Assembly: GCA_002269645.1 (NCBI GenBank)
Contig: NIVC01000001.1
Location: 1,054,001-1,118,000, forward strand
Origin: Macrostomum lignano
Taxonomy: Eukaryota
Reading direction: 5' to 3'
DNA: 64,000 nucleotides
Position numbers and translations under genes: made by a program. Of this stretch, positions 42,471 through 56,500 are shown one piece after another; the stretch's first letter is position 1; each line of letters begins with the position of its first letter. The notes below the pieces were generated by a model that was not told where the DNA came from, searched no databases, and saw only the letters and a list, made by a program, of their open reading frames with translations.

Positions 42471-43034
42471 ATTAGAGACCTCTTTTTGTACCCAAGGACA
42501 ACCTTTAGCAACTTAGATTAAGGTTTTCCGGGCTCCTCGCGGGATATTACGAGTATTTCTCTGAAGTAAACAGGTAATGTCACCAATAGAGTCAACAGAT
42601 TGCATATTGTAAATCCAATATGCGCCAAAACTTAAACAAAAAGTACATAAATTTGTTCCTTTTGTTATTCTCGTCAGTTGTTGCACCTTAGTTAATCTTA
42701 ATTTTTACTATTAATAATTATTAGCAACTCAAGCACAAATTAATGATCCCCAAAAAGTTTGCGTAGCGAATCTTCCTAATTCGATTGTTTGTTTGTTGTT
42801 TTATCCAAGGTTATTAATTGGTTTGTCAAATTTTCAATATATAGCTAGTTTGGCGCCTTCAGCACGTTCGACTCCATTGGCAAATGAAACAGAAGGGCGT
42901 CGCTACAGTCGATGATTTTTTTCTTATACTTAATTTGTCTATGGTAAAACCCGATCAAGTGCTATGCGTTCTCGAGAGCATGCTAAATGCATATTGCATA
43001 ATGAATTGTGTTCGCATTTGCTTGAACCCAAAGA

Positions 43035-43260
43035 GGGGGTTGTAGCCTGTGTTTAGAGCGTCGGAATCGCGACTGAAAGGTTTTGTGTCCTTGAGCAAGA
43101 CACTTAACTCTGCATTGCTTCAGTTCACCCAGCTGTAAAATGGGTGCCAGCATTAGCTGGGGTAATTGAGGGTGCGTGCAATAGCTGCGGCTGAGCTGTC
43201 GGTTGCACATCTGCCCATTAGGGCACGTGTAATGAGTTATTGTTTATTATTATTATTGAT
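43035..43260 (+). mobile_element. CORE-type SINE copy 3 (B-box region deleted, (TTA)n tail)
   Basis: The head GGGGGTTGTAGCCTG.. jumps directly to TTTGTGTCCTTGAGC. It ends in GCACATCTGCCCATTAGGGCACGTGTAAT plus TTATTATTATT. Confidence 0.85.
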
Positions 43261-43939
43261 TGAGCAATGCTCTGGCAAGGCTGCTCTCTGAAGGATTAGA
43301 TGGAGATGCTCCCCAATACTGACTCAGTCTATTCCTGTGGCTGAAGAATTTCCTTTATTTAGCCGTCCTTCTTTAGTCGCTGCAGGTGCTCCGCTGTCTT
43401 GACAAGATCAGCCAGCCATCATGTTCCCCCTCAGGCCATGGCATTGTTTGAGAGTTCTATTTTTAGACTGCAACTTTTGCACTGTTTCTGAACAATTGCC
43501 GGAGCCCGTCAAGGCTGACTAAATTAGCCTTTTCTGTTTCTTAGTTTAGCAATTTCTCTTTAAACAGAGCCACTTTTTTGTTTTTTTGTTCCGCACACAG
43601 CTTAGTAGATTTCTTCTGATCGAGTTTGTATATGCTTTTCTGCTTCCCTAAATAATAAAAATTTGTTCGTGAGCATATTAATGCAATGCATAATTTTAGT
43701 TTAATTGGCTCGCTACTTTGTCTAATTTTACGCCACAGAATTGGCAATAAGCAATGAGCCAACTGCCAGCTTCTCTGCAGCCACCACTTTCTGCTGCCTG
43801 CCCCTACGAGAGATGCTGCGGTGGAGAAGTACTCTTCATCTGGCCATTGTTCTCATTGTGGGAGTGCAGCAGGTGGGTGGGAGACTGCATTTTGGCTCTG
43901 GAAAATTGAGTAGTTTGGGAATCTGTATGCTGCAGATAG

Positions 43940-44470
43940 ACTTGAGTAGATGGTAGAGTTGAGTAGATGGTAGAGTTGAGCAGATGGTAGAGTTGAGTAG
44001 ATGTTAGAGTTGAGTAGATGGTAGAGTTGAGTAGATGGTAGAGTTGAGTAGATGGTAGAGTTGAGTAGATGGTAGAGTTGAGTAGATGGTAGAGTTGAGT
44101 AGTAGAGTTGAGTAGATGGTAGACTTGAGTAGATGGTAGAGTTGAGTAGATGGTAGAGTTGAGTAGATGGTAGAGTTGAGTAGATGGTAGAGTTGAGTAG
44201 ATGGTAGAGTTGAGTAGTAGAGTTGAGTAGATGGTAGAGTTGAGTAGATGGTAGAGTTGAGTAGATGGTAGACTTGAGTAGATGGTAGACTTGAGTAGAT
44301 GGTAGACTTGAGTAGATGGTAGACTTGAGTAGATGGTAGACTTGAGTAGATGGTAGAGTTGAGTAGATGGTAGACTTGAGTAGATGGTAGACTTGAGTAG
44401 ATGGTAGAGTTGAGTAGATGGTAGACTTGAGTAGATGGTAGACTTGAGTAGATGGGAGACATGAGTAGAT
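43940..44470. repeat. 17-bp minisatellite (GAGTTGAGTAGATGGTA)
   Basis: Directly visible. Confidence 0.93.
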
Positions 44471-45341
44471 GTCTAACCCCAGCAACATTGGCGGATGTAA
44501 CAGCCTGTGTAGGCAGTGATAGCGAGGCTAAGGTGCAAAAGTTTGGTAAGAACTTTCAGTCTTTCTTCTGTCACAATAATCCATCTGTCCATCTCACTGC
44601 CTCCTGCTCTAGTCGGGTCACCGCCTGAGCATTGCTAATCTCCAGTTTCTTTCTCCCGGCACTGTCTTCTTGGCAAGCGGCCCTCTGCCAGTCGATGCAG
44701 GAGGCAGTTTTCCACTAAAGTCAGCAAATTCTCTGGAGTCGGCAGTGGCGGGCCGAGGACTGGGGAGGGGGGGGTTGAGGCTTTGGGTTTTCCCTTCCCA
44801 GTTTCAGTAGAAATAATGAAGGAACTGCTGCAGAACCCCCTACCGTGAGCTGTTGTTGTCGGTTCGCCCCGCTGCCGCCCCCCCCCCCTCCCAGGGATCG
44901 ATAATAGCCCGCCCGTCCACGCGTCGTCCACGGCTGCTTTACTTTCTTCTGCTTTTTTGGGACAGAAGGGTAGGAAAATCGCCTTCCTTCTTCTGGGTGC
45001 CCCGGTTTCACAGACTCCAGACAAAAATGCACCTCTGCCGCGCCTGGCTGAGGTGGCAGACAATGGGAAGCTGGGGAGAAGGGGGGCCTGGACCGCGGCG
45101 GAGAGAGAGAGGGAGCACAGAAAGCCACTCTTCTTTTCTTTAGAAAAAAGAGAAAGAACGCCCGTCGCAAATTTTCTTGTGCTGCTGCCCAGTTCCCGCG
45201 CGGGGGACAGCGGGGTGGAGATGAGACGCGCTGCAAAGGTGGCGCAGCGCAGGCCTCTCTCGCCACTTTCCTGCCCGCAGGCAAGGCCCAGGCAGTCTTG
45301 TGTCTCAAGCTGTAACAAACTTTAACGCGATGAGGTGGTGC

Positions 45342-45353
45342 TGACGTCATTGG
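45342..45353. promoter_or_regulatory. Candidate CRE (TGACGTCA) overlapping an inverted CCAAT box (ATTGG)
   Basis: Motif CTGACGTCATTGG at the edge of a GC-rich ~700-bp unique segment. Motif match only. Confidence 0.3.
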
Positions 45354-45619
45354 CTGTGGTAGCCGCTAGGGTCTGCAGAGTATTCAACCATAGCTGGTTG
45401 CCACGAAGGAAGTTTCTATGAACTGACTTTGCGTGTAGGAGAGAGAGGCAAGCTTTATATTAATTTTCCCAAGAATTTGTCTCACTTTGAATTAATAACC
45501 AGCTGGATTTGTCCGTTGGGAAAGTGCGGCTCTTTGGGTGGCAGAGTAGGGCTTAATTAGCAGGTTGAGTTACATTGGCTAGCGGGTGGCCTGAGACACT
45601 TGAGAATCAGCTGTCCACA

Positions 45620-48600
45620 CCTGAGACAGGGGTGTGTCCGTGCTCTACACCTGAGAGATTATCAGTGTGTCCGTGCTCTACACCTAAGAGATTATCAGTG
45701 TGTTCGTGTTCTACACCTGAGAGATTATCAGTGTGTCCGCGTTCTACACCTGAGAGATTATCAGTGTGTTCGTGTTCTATACCTGAGAGATTATCAGTGT
45801 GTCCGTGTTCTACACTGAGAGATTATCAGTGTGTCCCTGTTCTATACCTGAGAGATTATCAGTGTGTCCGCGTTCTACACCTGAGAGATTATCAGTGTGT
45901 CCCTGTTCTATACCTGAAAGATTATCAGTGTGTCCGCGTTCTACACCTGAGAGATTATCAGTGTGTTCGTGTTCTACACCTGAGAGATTATCACTGTGTC
46001 CGTGTTCTACACTGAGAGATTATCAGTGTGTCCGCGTTCTACACCTGAGAGATTATCAGTGTGTTCGTGTTCTACACCTGAGAGATTATCAGTGTGTCCG
46101 TGTTCTACACTGAGAGATTATCAGTGTGTCCCTGTTCTATACCTGAGAGATTATCAGTGTGTCCGCGTTCTACACCTGAGAGATTATCAGTGTGTCCCTG
46201 TTCTACACCTGAGAGATTATCAGTGTGTCCGCGTTCTACACCTGAGAGATTATCAGTGTGTTCGTGTTCTATACCTGAGAGATTATCAGTGTGTCCGTGT
46301 TCTACACTGAGAGATTATCAGTGTGTCCCTGTTCTATACCTGAGAGATTATCAGTGTGTCCGCGTTCTACACCTGAGAGATTATCAGTGTGTCCCTGTTC
46401 TATACCTGAAAGATTATCAGTGTGTCCGCGTTCTACACCTGAGAGATTATCAGTGTGTTCGTGTTCTACACCTGAGAGATTATCACTGTGTCCGTGTTCT
46501 ACACTGAGAGATTATCAGTGTGTCCGCGTTCTACACCTGAGAGATTATCAGTGTGTTCGTGTTCTACACCTGAGAGATTATCAGTGTGTCCGTGTTCTAC
46601 ACTGAGAGATTATCAGTGTGTCCCTGTTCTATACCTGAGAGATTATCAGTGTGTCCGCGTTCTACACCTGAGAGATTATCAGTGTGTCCGCGTTCTACAC
46701 CTGAGAGATTATCAGTGTGTCCCTGTTCAATACCTGAAAGATTATCAGTGTGTCCGCGTTCTACACCTGAGAGATTATCAGTGTGTTCGTGTTCTACACC
46801 TGAGAGATTATCACTGTGTCCGTGTTCTACACTGAGAGATTATCAGTGTGTCCGCGTTCTACACCTGAGAGATTATCAGTGTGTTCGCGTTCTACACCTG
46901 AGAGATTATCAGTGTGTCCGTGTTCTACACTGAGAGATTATCAGTGTGTCCCTGTTCTATACCTGAGAGATTATCAGTGTGTCGCGTTCTACACCTGAGA
47001 GATTATCAGTGTGTCCGTGTTCTACACCTGAGAGATTATCAGTGTGTCCGTGTTCTACACCTGAGAGATTATCAGTGTGTCCCTGTTCTATACCTAAGAG
47101 ATTATCAGTGTGTTCGTGTTCTACACCTGAGAGATTATCAGTGTGTCCGCGTTCTACACCTGAGAGATTATCAGTGTGTTCGTGTTCTACACCTGAGAGA
47201 TTATCAGTGTGTCCGTGTTCTACACTGAGAGATTATCAGTGTGTCCCTGTTCTATACCTGAGAGATTATCAGTGTGTCCGCGTTCTACACCTGAGAGATT
47301 ATCAGTGTGTTCGTGTTCTACACCTGAGAGATTATCACTGTGTCCGTGTTCTACACTGAGAGATTATCAGTGTGTCCCTGTTCTATACCTGAGAGATTAT
47401 CAGTGTGTCCGCGTTCTACACCTGAGAGATTATCAGTATGTCCGTGTTCTACACCTGAGAGATTATCAGTGTGTCCGCATTCTACACCTGAGAGATTATC
47501 AGTGTGTCCGTGTTCTACACCTGAGAGATTATCAGTGTGTCCGTGTTCTACACCTGAGAGATTATCAGTGTGTCCGTGTTCTACACCTGAGAGATTATCA
47601 GTGTGTCCGTGTTCTACACCTGAGAGATTATCAGTGTGTCCGTGTTCTACACCTGAGAGATTATCAGTGTGTCCCTGTTCTACACCTGAGAGATTATCAG
47701 TGTGTTCGTGTTCTACACTGAGAGATTATCAGTGTGTCCGTGCTCTACACCTGAGAGATTATCAGTGTGTCCGCGTTCTACACCTGAGAGATTATCAGTG
47801 TGTCCCTGTTCTATACCTGAAAGATTATCAGTGTGTCCGCGTTCTACACCTGAGAGATTATCAGTGTGTTCGTGTTCTACACCTGAGAGATTATCACTGT
47901 GTCCGTGTTCTACACTGAGAGATTATCAGTGTGTCCCTGTTCTACACCTGAGAGATTATCAGTGTGTTCGCGTTCTACACCTGAGAGATTATCAGTGTGT
48001 CCGTGTTCTACACTGAGAGATTATCAGTGTGTCCCTGTTCTATACCTGAGAGATTATCAGTGTGTCCGCGTTCTACACCTGAGAGATTATCAGTGTGTCC
48101 GTGTTCTACACCTGAGAGATTATCAGTGTGTCCGTGTTCTACACCTGAGAGATTATCAGTGTGTCCCTGTTCTATACCTAAGAGATTATCAGTGTGTTCG
48201 TGTTCTACACCTGAGAGATTATCAGTGTGTCCGCGTTCTACACCTGAGAGATTATCAGTGTGTTCGTGTTCTACACCTGAGAGATTATCAGTGTGTCCGT
48301 GTTCTACACTGAGAGATTATCAGTGTGTCCCTGTTCTACACCTGAGAGATTATCAGTGTGTTCGTGTTTTACACTGAGAGATTATCAGTGTGTCCGTGCT
48401 CTACACCTGAGAGATTATCAGTGTGTCCGCATTCTACACCTGAGAGATTATCAGTGCGTCCGCGTTCTACACCTGAGAGATTATCACTGTGTCCGTGTTC
48501 TACACTGAGAGATTATCAGTGTGTCCCTGTTCTATTCCTGAGAGATTATCAGTGTGTCCGCGTTCTACACCTGAGAGATTATCAGTGTGTTCGTGTTCTA

Positions 48601-51600
48601 CACCTGAGAGATTATCACTGTGTCCGTGTTCTACACTGAGAGATTATCAGTGTGTCCCTGTTCTATACCTGAGAGATTATCAGTGTGTCCGTGTTCTACA
48701 CCTGAGAGATTATCAGTATGTCCGTGTTCTACACCTGAGAGATTATCAGTGTGTCCGTGTTTTATACCTGAGAGATTATCAGTGTGTCCGTGTTCTACAC
48801 CTGAGAGATTATCAGTATGTCCGTGTTCTACACCTGAGAGATTATCAGTGTGTCCGCGCTCTACACCTGAGAGATTATCAGTGTGTCCGTGTTCTACACC
48901 TGAGAGATTATCACTGTGTCCGTGTTCTACACTGAGAGATTATCAGTGTGTCCCTGTTCTATACCTGAGAGATTATCAGTGTGTCCGTGTTCTACACCTG
49001 AGAGATTATCAGTGTGTCCCTGTTCTATACCTGAAAGATTATCAGTGTGTCCGCGTTCTACACCTGAGAGATTATCAGTGTGTCGTGTTCTACACCTGAG
49101 AGATTATCACTGTGTCCGTGTTCTACACTGAGAGATTATCAGTGTGTCCCTGTTCTACACCTGAGAGATTATCAGTGTGTTCGCGTTCTACACCTGAGAG
49201 ATTATCAGTGTGTCCGTGTTCTACACTGAGAGATTATCAGTGTGTCCCTGTTCTATACCTGAGAGATTATCAGTGTGTCCGCGTTCTACACCTGAGAGAT
49301 TATCAGTGTGTCCGTGTTCTACACCTGAGAGATTATCAGTGTGTCCGTGTTCTAACCTGAGAGATTATCAGTGTGTCCCTGTTCTATACCTGAGAGATTA
49401 TCAGTGTGTCGTGTTCTACACCTGAGAGATTATCAGTGTGTCCGCGTTCTACACCTGAGAGATTATCAGTGTGTCGTGTTCTACACCTGAGAGATTATCA
49501 GTGTGTCCGTGTTCTACACTGAGAGATTATCAGTGTGTCCCTGTTCTACACCTGAGAGATTATCAGTGTGTCCGCGTTCTACACCTGAGAGATTATCAGT
49601 GTGTCCCTGTTCTATACCTGAAAGATTATCAGTGTGTCCGCGTTCTACACCTGAGAGATTATCAGTGTGTCGTGTTCTACACCTGAGAGATTATCACTGT
49701 GTCCGTGTTCTACACTGAGAGATTATCAGTGTGTCCCTGTTCTACACCTGAGAGATTATCAGTGTGTTCGCGTTCTACACCTGAGAGATTATCAGTGTGT
49801 CCGTGTTCTACACTGAGAGATTATCAGTGTGTCCCTGTTCTATACCTGAGAGATTATCAGTGTGTCCGCGTTCTACACCTGAGAGATTATCAGTGTGTCC
49901 GTGTTCTACACCTGAGAGATTATCAGTGTGTCCGTGTTCTACACCTGAGAGATTATCAGTGTGTCCCTGTTCTATACCTGAGAGATTATCAGTGTGTTCG
50001 TGTTCTACACCTGAGAGATTATCAGTGTGTCCGCGTTCTACACCTGAGAGATTATCAGTGTGTTCGTGTTCTATACCTGAGAGATTATCAGTGTGTCCGC
50101 GTTCTACACCTGAGAGATTATCAGTGTGTCCGTGTTCTACACCTGAGAGATTATCAGTGTGTCCGTGTTCTACACCTGAGAGATTATCAGTGTGTCCCTG
50201 TTCTATACCTAAGAGATTATCAGTGTGTCGTGTTCTACACCTGAGAGATTATCAGTGTGTCCGCGTTCTACACCTGAGAGATTATCAGTGTGTCGTGTTC
50301 TACACCTGAGAGATTATCAGTGTGTCCGTGTTCTACACTGAGAGATTATCAGTGTGTCCCTGTTCTATACCTGAGAGATTATCAGTGTGTCCGCGTTCTA
50401 CACCTGAGAGATTATCAGTGTGTCCCTGTTCTATACCTGAAAGATTATCAGTGTGTCCGCGTTCTACACCTGAGAGATTATCAGTGTGTTCGTGTTCTAC
50501 ACCTGAGAGATTATCACTGTGTCCGTGTTCTACACTGAGAGATTATCAGTGTGTCCCTGTTCTACACCTGAGAGATTATCAGTGTGTCCGTGTTTTATAC
50601 CTGAGAGATTATCAGTGTGTCCGTGTTCTACACCTGAGAGATTATCAGTGTGTCCGTGTTCTACACCTGAGAGATTATCAGTGTGTCCGCGTTCTACACC
50701 TGAGAGATTATCAGTGTGTCCGTGTTCTACACCTGAGAGATTATCAGTGTGTCCGTGTTCTACACTGAGAGATTATCAGTGTGTCCCTGTTCTATACCTG
50801 AGAGATTATCAGTGTGTCCGTGTTCTACACCTGAGAGATTATCAGTGTGTCCCTGTTCTATACCTGAAGATTATCAGTGTGTCCGTGTTCTACACCTGAG
50901 AGATTATCAGTGTGTCCGTGTTCTACACCTGAGAGATTATCAGTGTGTCCGTGTTCTACACTGAGAGATTATCAGTGTGTCCGTGTTCTACACCTGAGAG
51001 ATTATCAGTGTGTCGCGTTCTACACCTGAGAGATTATCAGTGTGTCCGTGTTCTACACTGAGAGATTATCAGTGTGTCCCTGTTCTATACCTGAGAGATT
51101 ATCAGTGTGTCCGCGTTCTACACCTGAGAGATTATCAGTGTGTCCGTGTTCTACACTGAGAGATTATCAGTGTGTCCTGTTCTACACCTGAGAGATTATC
51201 AGTGTGTCCGCGTTCTACACCTGAGAGATTATCAGTGTGTTCGTGTTCTACACCTGAGAGATTATCAGTGTGTCCGTGTTCTACACTGAGAGATTATCAG
51301 TGTGTCCCTGTTCTATACCTGAGAGATTATCAGTGTGTCCGTGTTCTACACCTGAGAGATTATCAGTGTGTCCGTGTTCTACACCTGAGAGATTATCAGT
51401 GTGTCCGTGTTCTACACCTGAGAGATTATCAGTGTGTCCGTGTTCTACACCTGAGAGATTATCAGTGTGTCCGTGTTCTACACCTGAGAGATTATCAGTG
51501 TGTCCGTCTACACCTGAGAGATTATCAGTGTGTCCGTGTTCTACACCTGAGAGATTATCAGTGTGTCCGTGTTCTACACTGAGAGATTATCAGTGTGTCC

Positions 51601-54120
51601 CTGTTCTATACCTGAGAGATTATCAGTGTGTCCCTGTTCTATACCTGAAAGATTATCAGTGTGTCCGTGTTCTACACCTGAGAGATTATCAGTGTGTCGT
51701 GTTCTACACCTGAGAGATTATCACTGTGTCCGTGTTCTACACTGAGAGATTATCAGTGTGTCCCTGTTCTACACCTGAGAGATTATCAGTGTGTTCGCGT
51801 TCTACACCTGAGAGATTATCAGTGTGTCCGTGTTCTACACTGAGAGATTATCAGTGTGTCCCTGTTCTACCTGAGAGATTATCAGTGTGTCCGCGTTCTA
51901 CACCTGAGAGATTATCAGTGTGTCCGTGTTCTACACCTGAGAGATTATCAGTGTGTCCGTGTTCTACACCTGAGAGATTATCAGTGTGTCCCTGTTCTAT
52001 ACCTGAGAGATTATCAGTGTGTCGTGTTCTACACCTGAGAGATTATCAGTGTGTCCGCGTTCTACACCTGAGAGATTATCAGTGTGTCCGTGTTCTACAC
52101 CTGAGAGATTATCAGTGTGTCCGTGTTCTACACTGAGAGATTATCAGTGTGTCCCTGTTCTATACCTGAGAGATTATCAGTGTGTCCGCGTTCTACACCT
52201 GAGAGATTATCAGTGTGTCCGTGTTCTATACCTGAAGATTATCAGTGTGTCCGCGTTCTACACCTGAGAGATTATCAGTGTGTGTTCTACACCTGAGAGA
52301 TTATCAGTGTGTCCGTGTTCTACACTGAGAGATTATCAGTGTGTCCCTGTTCTACACCTGAGAGATTATCAGTGTGTCGCGTTCTACACCTGAGAGATTA
52401 TCAGTGTGTCCGTGTTCTACACTGAGAGATTATCAGTGTGTCCCTGTTCTATACCTGAGAGATTATCAGTGTGTCCGCGTTCTACACCTGAGAGATTATC
52501 AGTGTGTCCGTGTTCTACACCTGAGAGATTATCAGTGTGTCCGTGTTCTACACCTGAGAGATTATCAGTGTGTCCCTGTTCTATACCTGAGAGATTATCA
52601 GTGTGTTCGTGTTCTACACCTGAGAGATTATCAGTGTGTTCGTGTTCTACACCTGAGAGATTATCAGTGTGTCCGTGTTCTACACTGAGAGATTATCAGT
52701 GTGTCCCTGTTCTATACCTGAGAGATTATCAGTGTGTCCGCGTTCTACACCTGAGAGATTATCAGTGTGTTCGTGTTCTACACCTGAGAGATTATCAGTG
52801 TGTCCGTGTTCTACACTGAGAGATTATCAGTGTGTCCCTGTTCTATACCTGAGAGATTATCAGTGTGTCCGTGTTCTACACCTGAGAGATTATCAGTATG
52901 TCCGTGTTCTACACCTGAGAGATTATCAGTGTTCCGTTCTACACCTGAGAGATTATCAGTGTGTCCGTGTTCTACACCTGAGAGATTATCAGTGTGTCCG
53001 TGTTCTACACCTGAGAGATTATCAGTGTGTCCGTGTTCTACACCTGAGAGATTATCAGTGTGTCCGTGTTCTACACCTGAGAGATTATCAGTGTGTCCGT
53101 GTTCTACACCTGAGAGATTATCAGTGTGTCCCTGTTCTACACCTGAGAGATTATCAGTGTGTTCGTGTTCTACACTGAGAGATTATCAGTGTGTCCGTGC
53201 TCTACACCTGAGAGATTATCAGTGTGTCCGCGTTCTACACCTGAGAGATTATCAGTGTGTCCGCGTTCTACACCTGAGAGATTATCAGTGTGTTCGTGTT
53301 CTACACCTGAGAGATTATCAGTGTGTCCGTGTTCTACACTGAGAGATTATCAGTGTGTCCCTGTTCTACCTGAGAGATTATCAGTGTGTCCGCGTTCTAC
53401 ACCTGAGAGATTATCAGTGTGTTCGTGTTCTACACCTGAGAGATTATCAGTGTGTCCGTGTTCTACACTGAGAGATTATCAGTGTGTCCCTGTTCTATAC
53501 CTGAGAGATTATCAGTGTGTCCGTGTTCTACACCTGAGAGATTATCAGTATGTCCGTGTTCTACACCTGAGAGATTATCAGTGTGTCCGTGTTTTATACC
53601 TGAGAGATTATCAGTGTGTCCGTGTTCTACACCTGAGAGATTATCAGTATGTCCGTGTTCTACACCTGAGAGATTATCAGTGTGTCCGCGTTCTACACCT
53701 GAGAGATTATCAGTGTGTCCGTGTTCTACACCTGAGAGATTATCAGTGTGTCCGTGTTCTACACTGAGAGATTATCAGTGTGTCCCTGTTCTATACCTGA
53801 GAGATTATCAGTGTGTCCGCGTTCTACACCTGAGAGATTATCAGTGTGTCCGTGTTCTACACCTGAGAGATTATCAGTGTGTCCGTGTTCTACACCTGAG
53901 AGATTATCAGTGTGTCCCTGTTCTATACCTAAGAGATTATCAGTGTGTTCGTGTTCTACACCTGAGAGATTATCAGTGTGTCCGTGTTCTACACCTGAGA
54001 GATTATCAGTGTGTCCGTGTTCTACACCTGAGAGATTATCAGTGTGTCCGTGTTCTACACCTGAGAGATTATCAGTGTGTCCGTGTTCTACACCTGAGAG
54101 ATTATCAGTGTGTCCGTGGT
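45620..54120. repeat. ~8.5-kb satellite of 33-bp monomers (CTGAGAGATTATCAGTGTGTCCGTGTTCTACAC) with 32-bp variants and higher-order structure
   Basis: About 255 monomers. Spacing of the frameshifting 32-bp variants recurs at 98, 197 and 492 bp. Confidence 0.97.
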
Positions 54121-54127
54121 GTCCACA

Positions 54128-54245
54128 CCCTAATGACAGGAATGTGTCCATTTCAGCACCTTAATGACAGGAATGTGTCCATTTCAGCACCTTAATGACA
54201 GGAATGTGTCCATTTCAGCACCTTAATGACAGGGATGTGTCCATG
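54128..54245. repeat. 31-bp repeat adjoining the satellite (TTAATGACAGGAATGTGTCCATTTCAGCACC)
   Basis: Three to four units sharing the GTGTCC core with the 33-bp satellite. Confidence 0.85.
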
Positions 54246-54759
54246 TCCGCACCGGAGACAGAGGAGAGTGTACACTTCTAAGACAGAAAAAACTTATTTC
54301 ATATTTTTATAGTCGAATTAGCCAATAAGTTTTGGAAATACTCCAATCGTTCTACTAACAACCTATTCTATAAGTAGAGTCAGACGAATTCTCAACGAGC
54401 TTAGTGATTCATTTGAGGGGAAATTGAAACAGGACAAGCAACATGCCATTTTTTCGCCATCCTGCCTAGAGCCAATTAGTGTAATTGGGCAGCCCGGTAG
54501 ATTCAGTGGCCAGCTGGGGGAGGAGGCCTTTTAACCCTTTTTCACCCCCTCAATCCATCTTAAAGCCCGAGTGGCCCCAGTCCTCGTACAGCTGCTGCCA
54601 GCCTGTCGGAAAGTACGTTAAAAGCTTTACGGTCAATTCGTTCAAAGAATCGCCCACACTGCAAATGTTCTGTGTGTCACTGTGCGGCAGACTTAATATA
54701 ACAAAACTAAAATGTATGAACTGAGTTCAACGTGATATTGGTGCATTCAATGGATTTCG

Positions 54760-55230
54760 AGTTCCTGACTTCCTTTATGTAAATTCTGACATTCCTGACT
54801 CCCTGTATGTAAATTCAGACATTCCTGACTCCCTGTATGTAAGTTCTGACATTCCTGACTCCCTGTATGTAAATTCAGACATTCCTGACTCCCTATATGT
54901 AAATTCAGACATTCCTGACTCCCTGTATGTAAATTCAGACATTCCTGACTCCCTGTATGTAAGTTCTGACATTCCTGACTCCCTGCATGTGTACATTCTA
55001 GAACTACCGACTCCCTGTGTACATTCTGGAATTCCTGACTCCCTGCATGTGTACATTCTAGAACTACCGACTCCCTGTGTACATTCTGGAATTCCTGACT
55101 CCCTGCATGTGTACATTCTAGAACTACCGACTCCCTGTGTACATTCTGGAATTCCTGACTCCCTGCATGTACATTCTGGAATTCCTGACTCCCTGCATGT
55201 ACATTCTGGAATTCCTGACTCCCTAAATGT
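54760..55230. repeat. 30-bp minisatellite with a 60-bp dimeric sector
   Basis: CTGACATTCCTGACTCCCTGTATGTAAATT units, then three copies of a 60-bp dimer. Confidence 0.92.
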
Positions 55231-56139
55231 ACTTTTTTGGAATCCCTGATAATCATGAGCCTTCATGAACCTATGAACATTTTAAACAAGAACAGCACCA
55301 CATACGCTCGTACGTACCTCAGTGCTCTATTAAATTAAATTATTATTATATTTAATGTTTAATAAGCAAGCTAGCTTTAAAAATTGAGTCCGTCATTTGG
55401 TGAACTGGGCAGCTGCTAACATCCTAGATGGGAATTTGAAGTTACCGCAATGCTAAAATGCTTTTAAATTTTATTTTTCTCCAGAAGGAAAAATCTAATT
55501 AGCAGAAATTCGACCCTGCTTTTCGAATAGATAACCTGAGATTAGCTTGAGCGTTCAATTCCATTGCAGAGTCGAATCTCAATCAACACTTCAACTATTC
55601 CCTGACAAAATCTTAATCTCAATTCCGCAAATTTCAAATCCGATGCCGAATAACAAGATCTGCGGTTTGAGCACAGGAACAGAAAACAGAAACAGAAAAA
55701 TAGATTTAGACTGGCACTTTTCGCAGTGCAGATGTGCTTAAACCAAAAGTTAGCTCCTATATGCCATGTCCCGTGGCAGTTGAACAAACACAGGTATATG
55801 TTCAGGCAAAGGGTAAAGTTTCACATCTTGCTTTGGCTCATTGAGTTCCTTAGAGCAGTAGATAAGACAGGTCGGTCGTTTGATTCGTTGGATCTAGGCG
55901 GATCTGCGGACACCTTGCTTCCCTCTCCGTGATCTGGGGTTGCGCGAGTGTCACTGCCAAGGGAGGCGATCTCGGATTCAGTCTGCTTATCGCACTTCAT
56001 CAGCTGTCTCTGGGCAGTAGTGGCTGAACCGTTATTACTACTGTTTTCATGGGACAGGTGCGTGAGGGAATTTCGCTGAGTCTCTGGCCCTCAGGTCGCA
56101 ACCAGCTTTCTGCGACTTGTTCGTCATACTGCCACACTA

Positions 56140-56500
56140 TCGTCCGCACCTGTCTTCCGCCCCTGTCTTCCGCCCCTGTCTTCCGCCCCTGTCTTCCTCC
56201 CCTGTCTTCCGCCCCTGTCTTCCGCCCCTGTCTTCCGCCCCTGTCTTCCACCCCTGTCTTCCGCCCCTGTCTTCCACCCCTGTCTTCCGCCCCTGTCTTC
56301 CGCCCCTGTCTTTCGCCCCTGTCTTCCGCCCCTGTCTTCCGCCCCTGTCTTCCGCCCCTGTCTTCCACCCCTGTCTTCCGCACCTGTCTTCCGCCCCTGT
56401 CTTCCGCCCCTGTCTTCCGCCCCTGTCTTCCGCCCCTGTCTTCCACCCCTGTCTTCCGCACCTGTCTTCCGCCCCTGTCTTCCGCCCCTGTCTTCCACTC
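56140..56500. repeat. 13-bp minisatellite (GCCCCTGTCTTCC)
   Basis: Directly visible. Confidence 0.93.

Noticed and set aside
44635-45350. 227-aa and 209-aa minus-strand ORFs
   Set aside because: Several overlapping frames are open in GC-rich DNA, and no protein family is recognisable.
45620-54120. CRISPR-like array (33-bp repeats)
   Set aside because: Monomers are head-to-tail with no unique spacers, there are no cas genes, and the context is eukaryotic.
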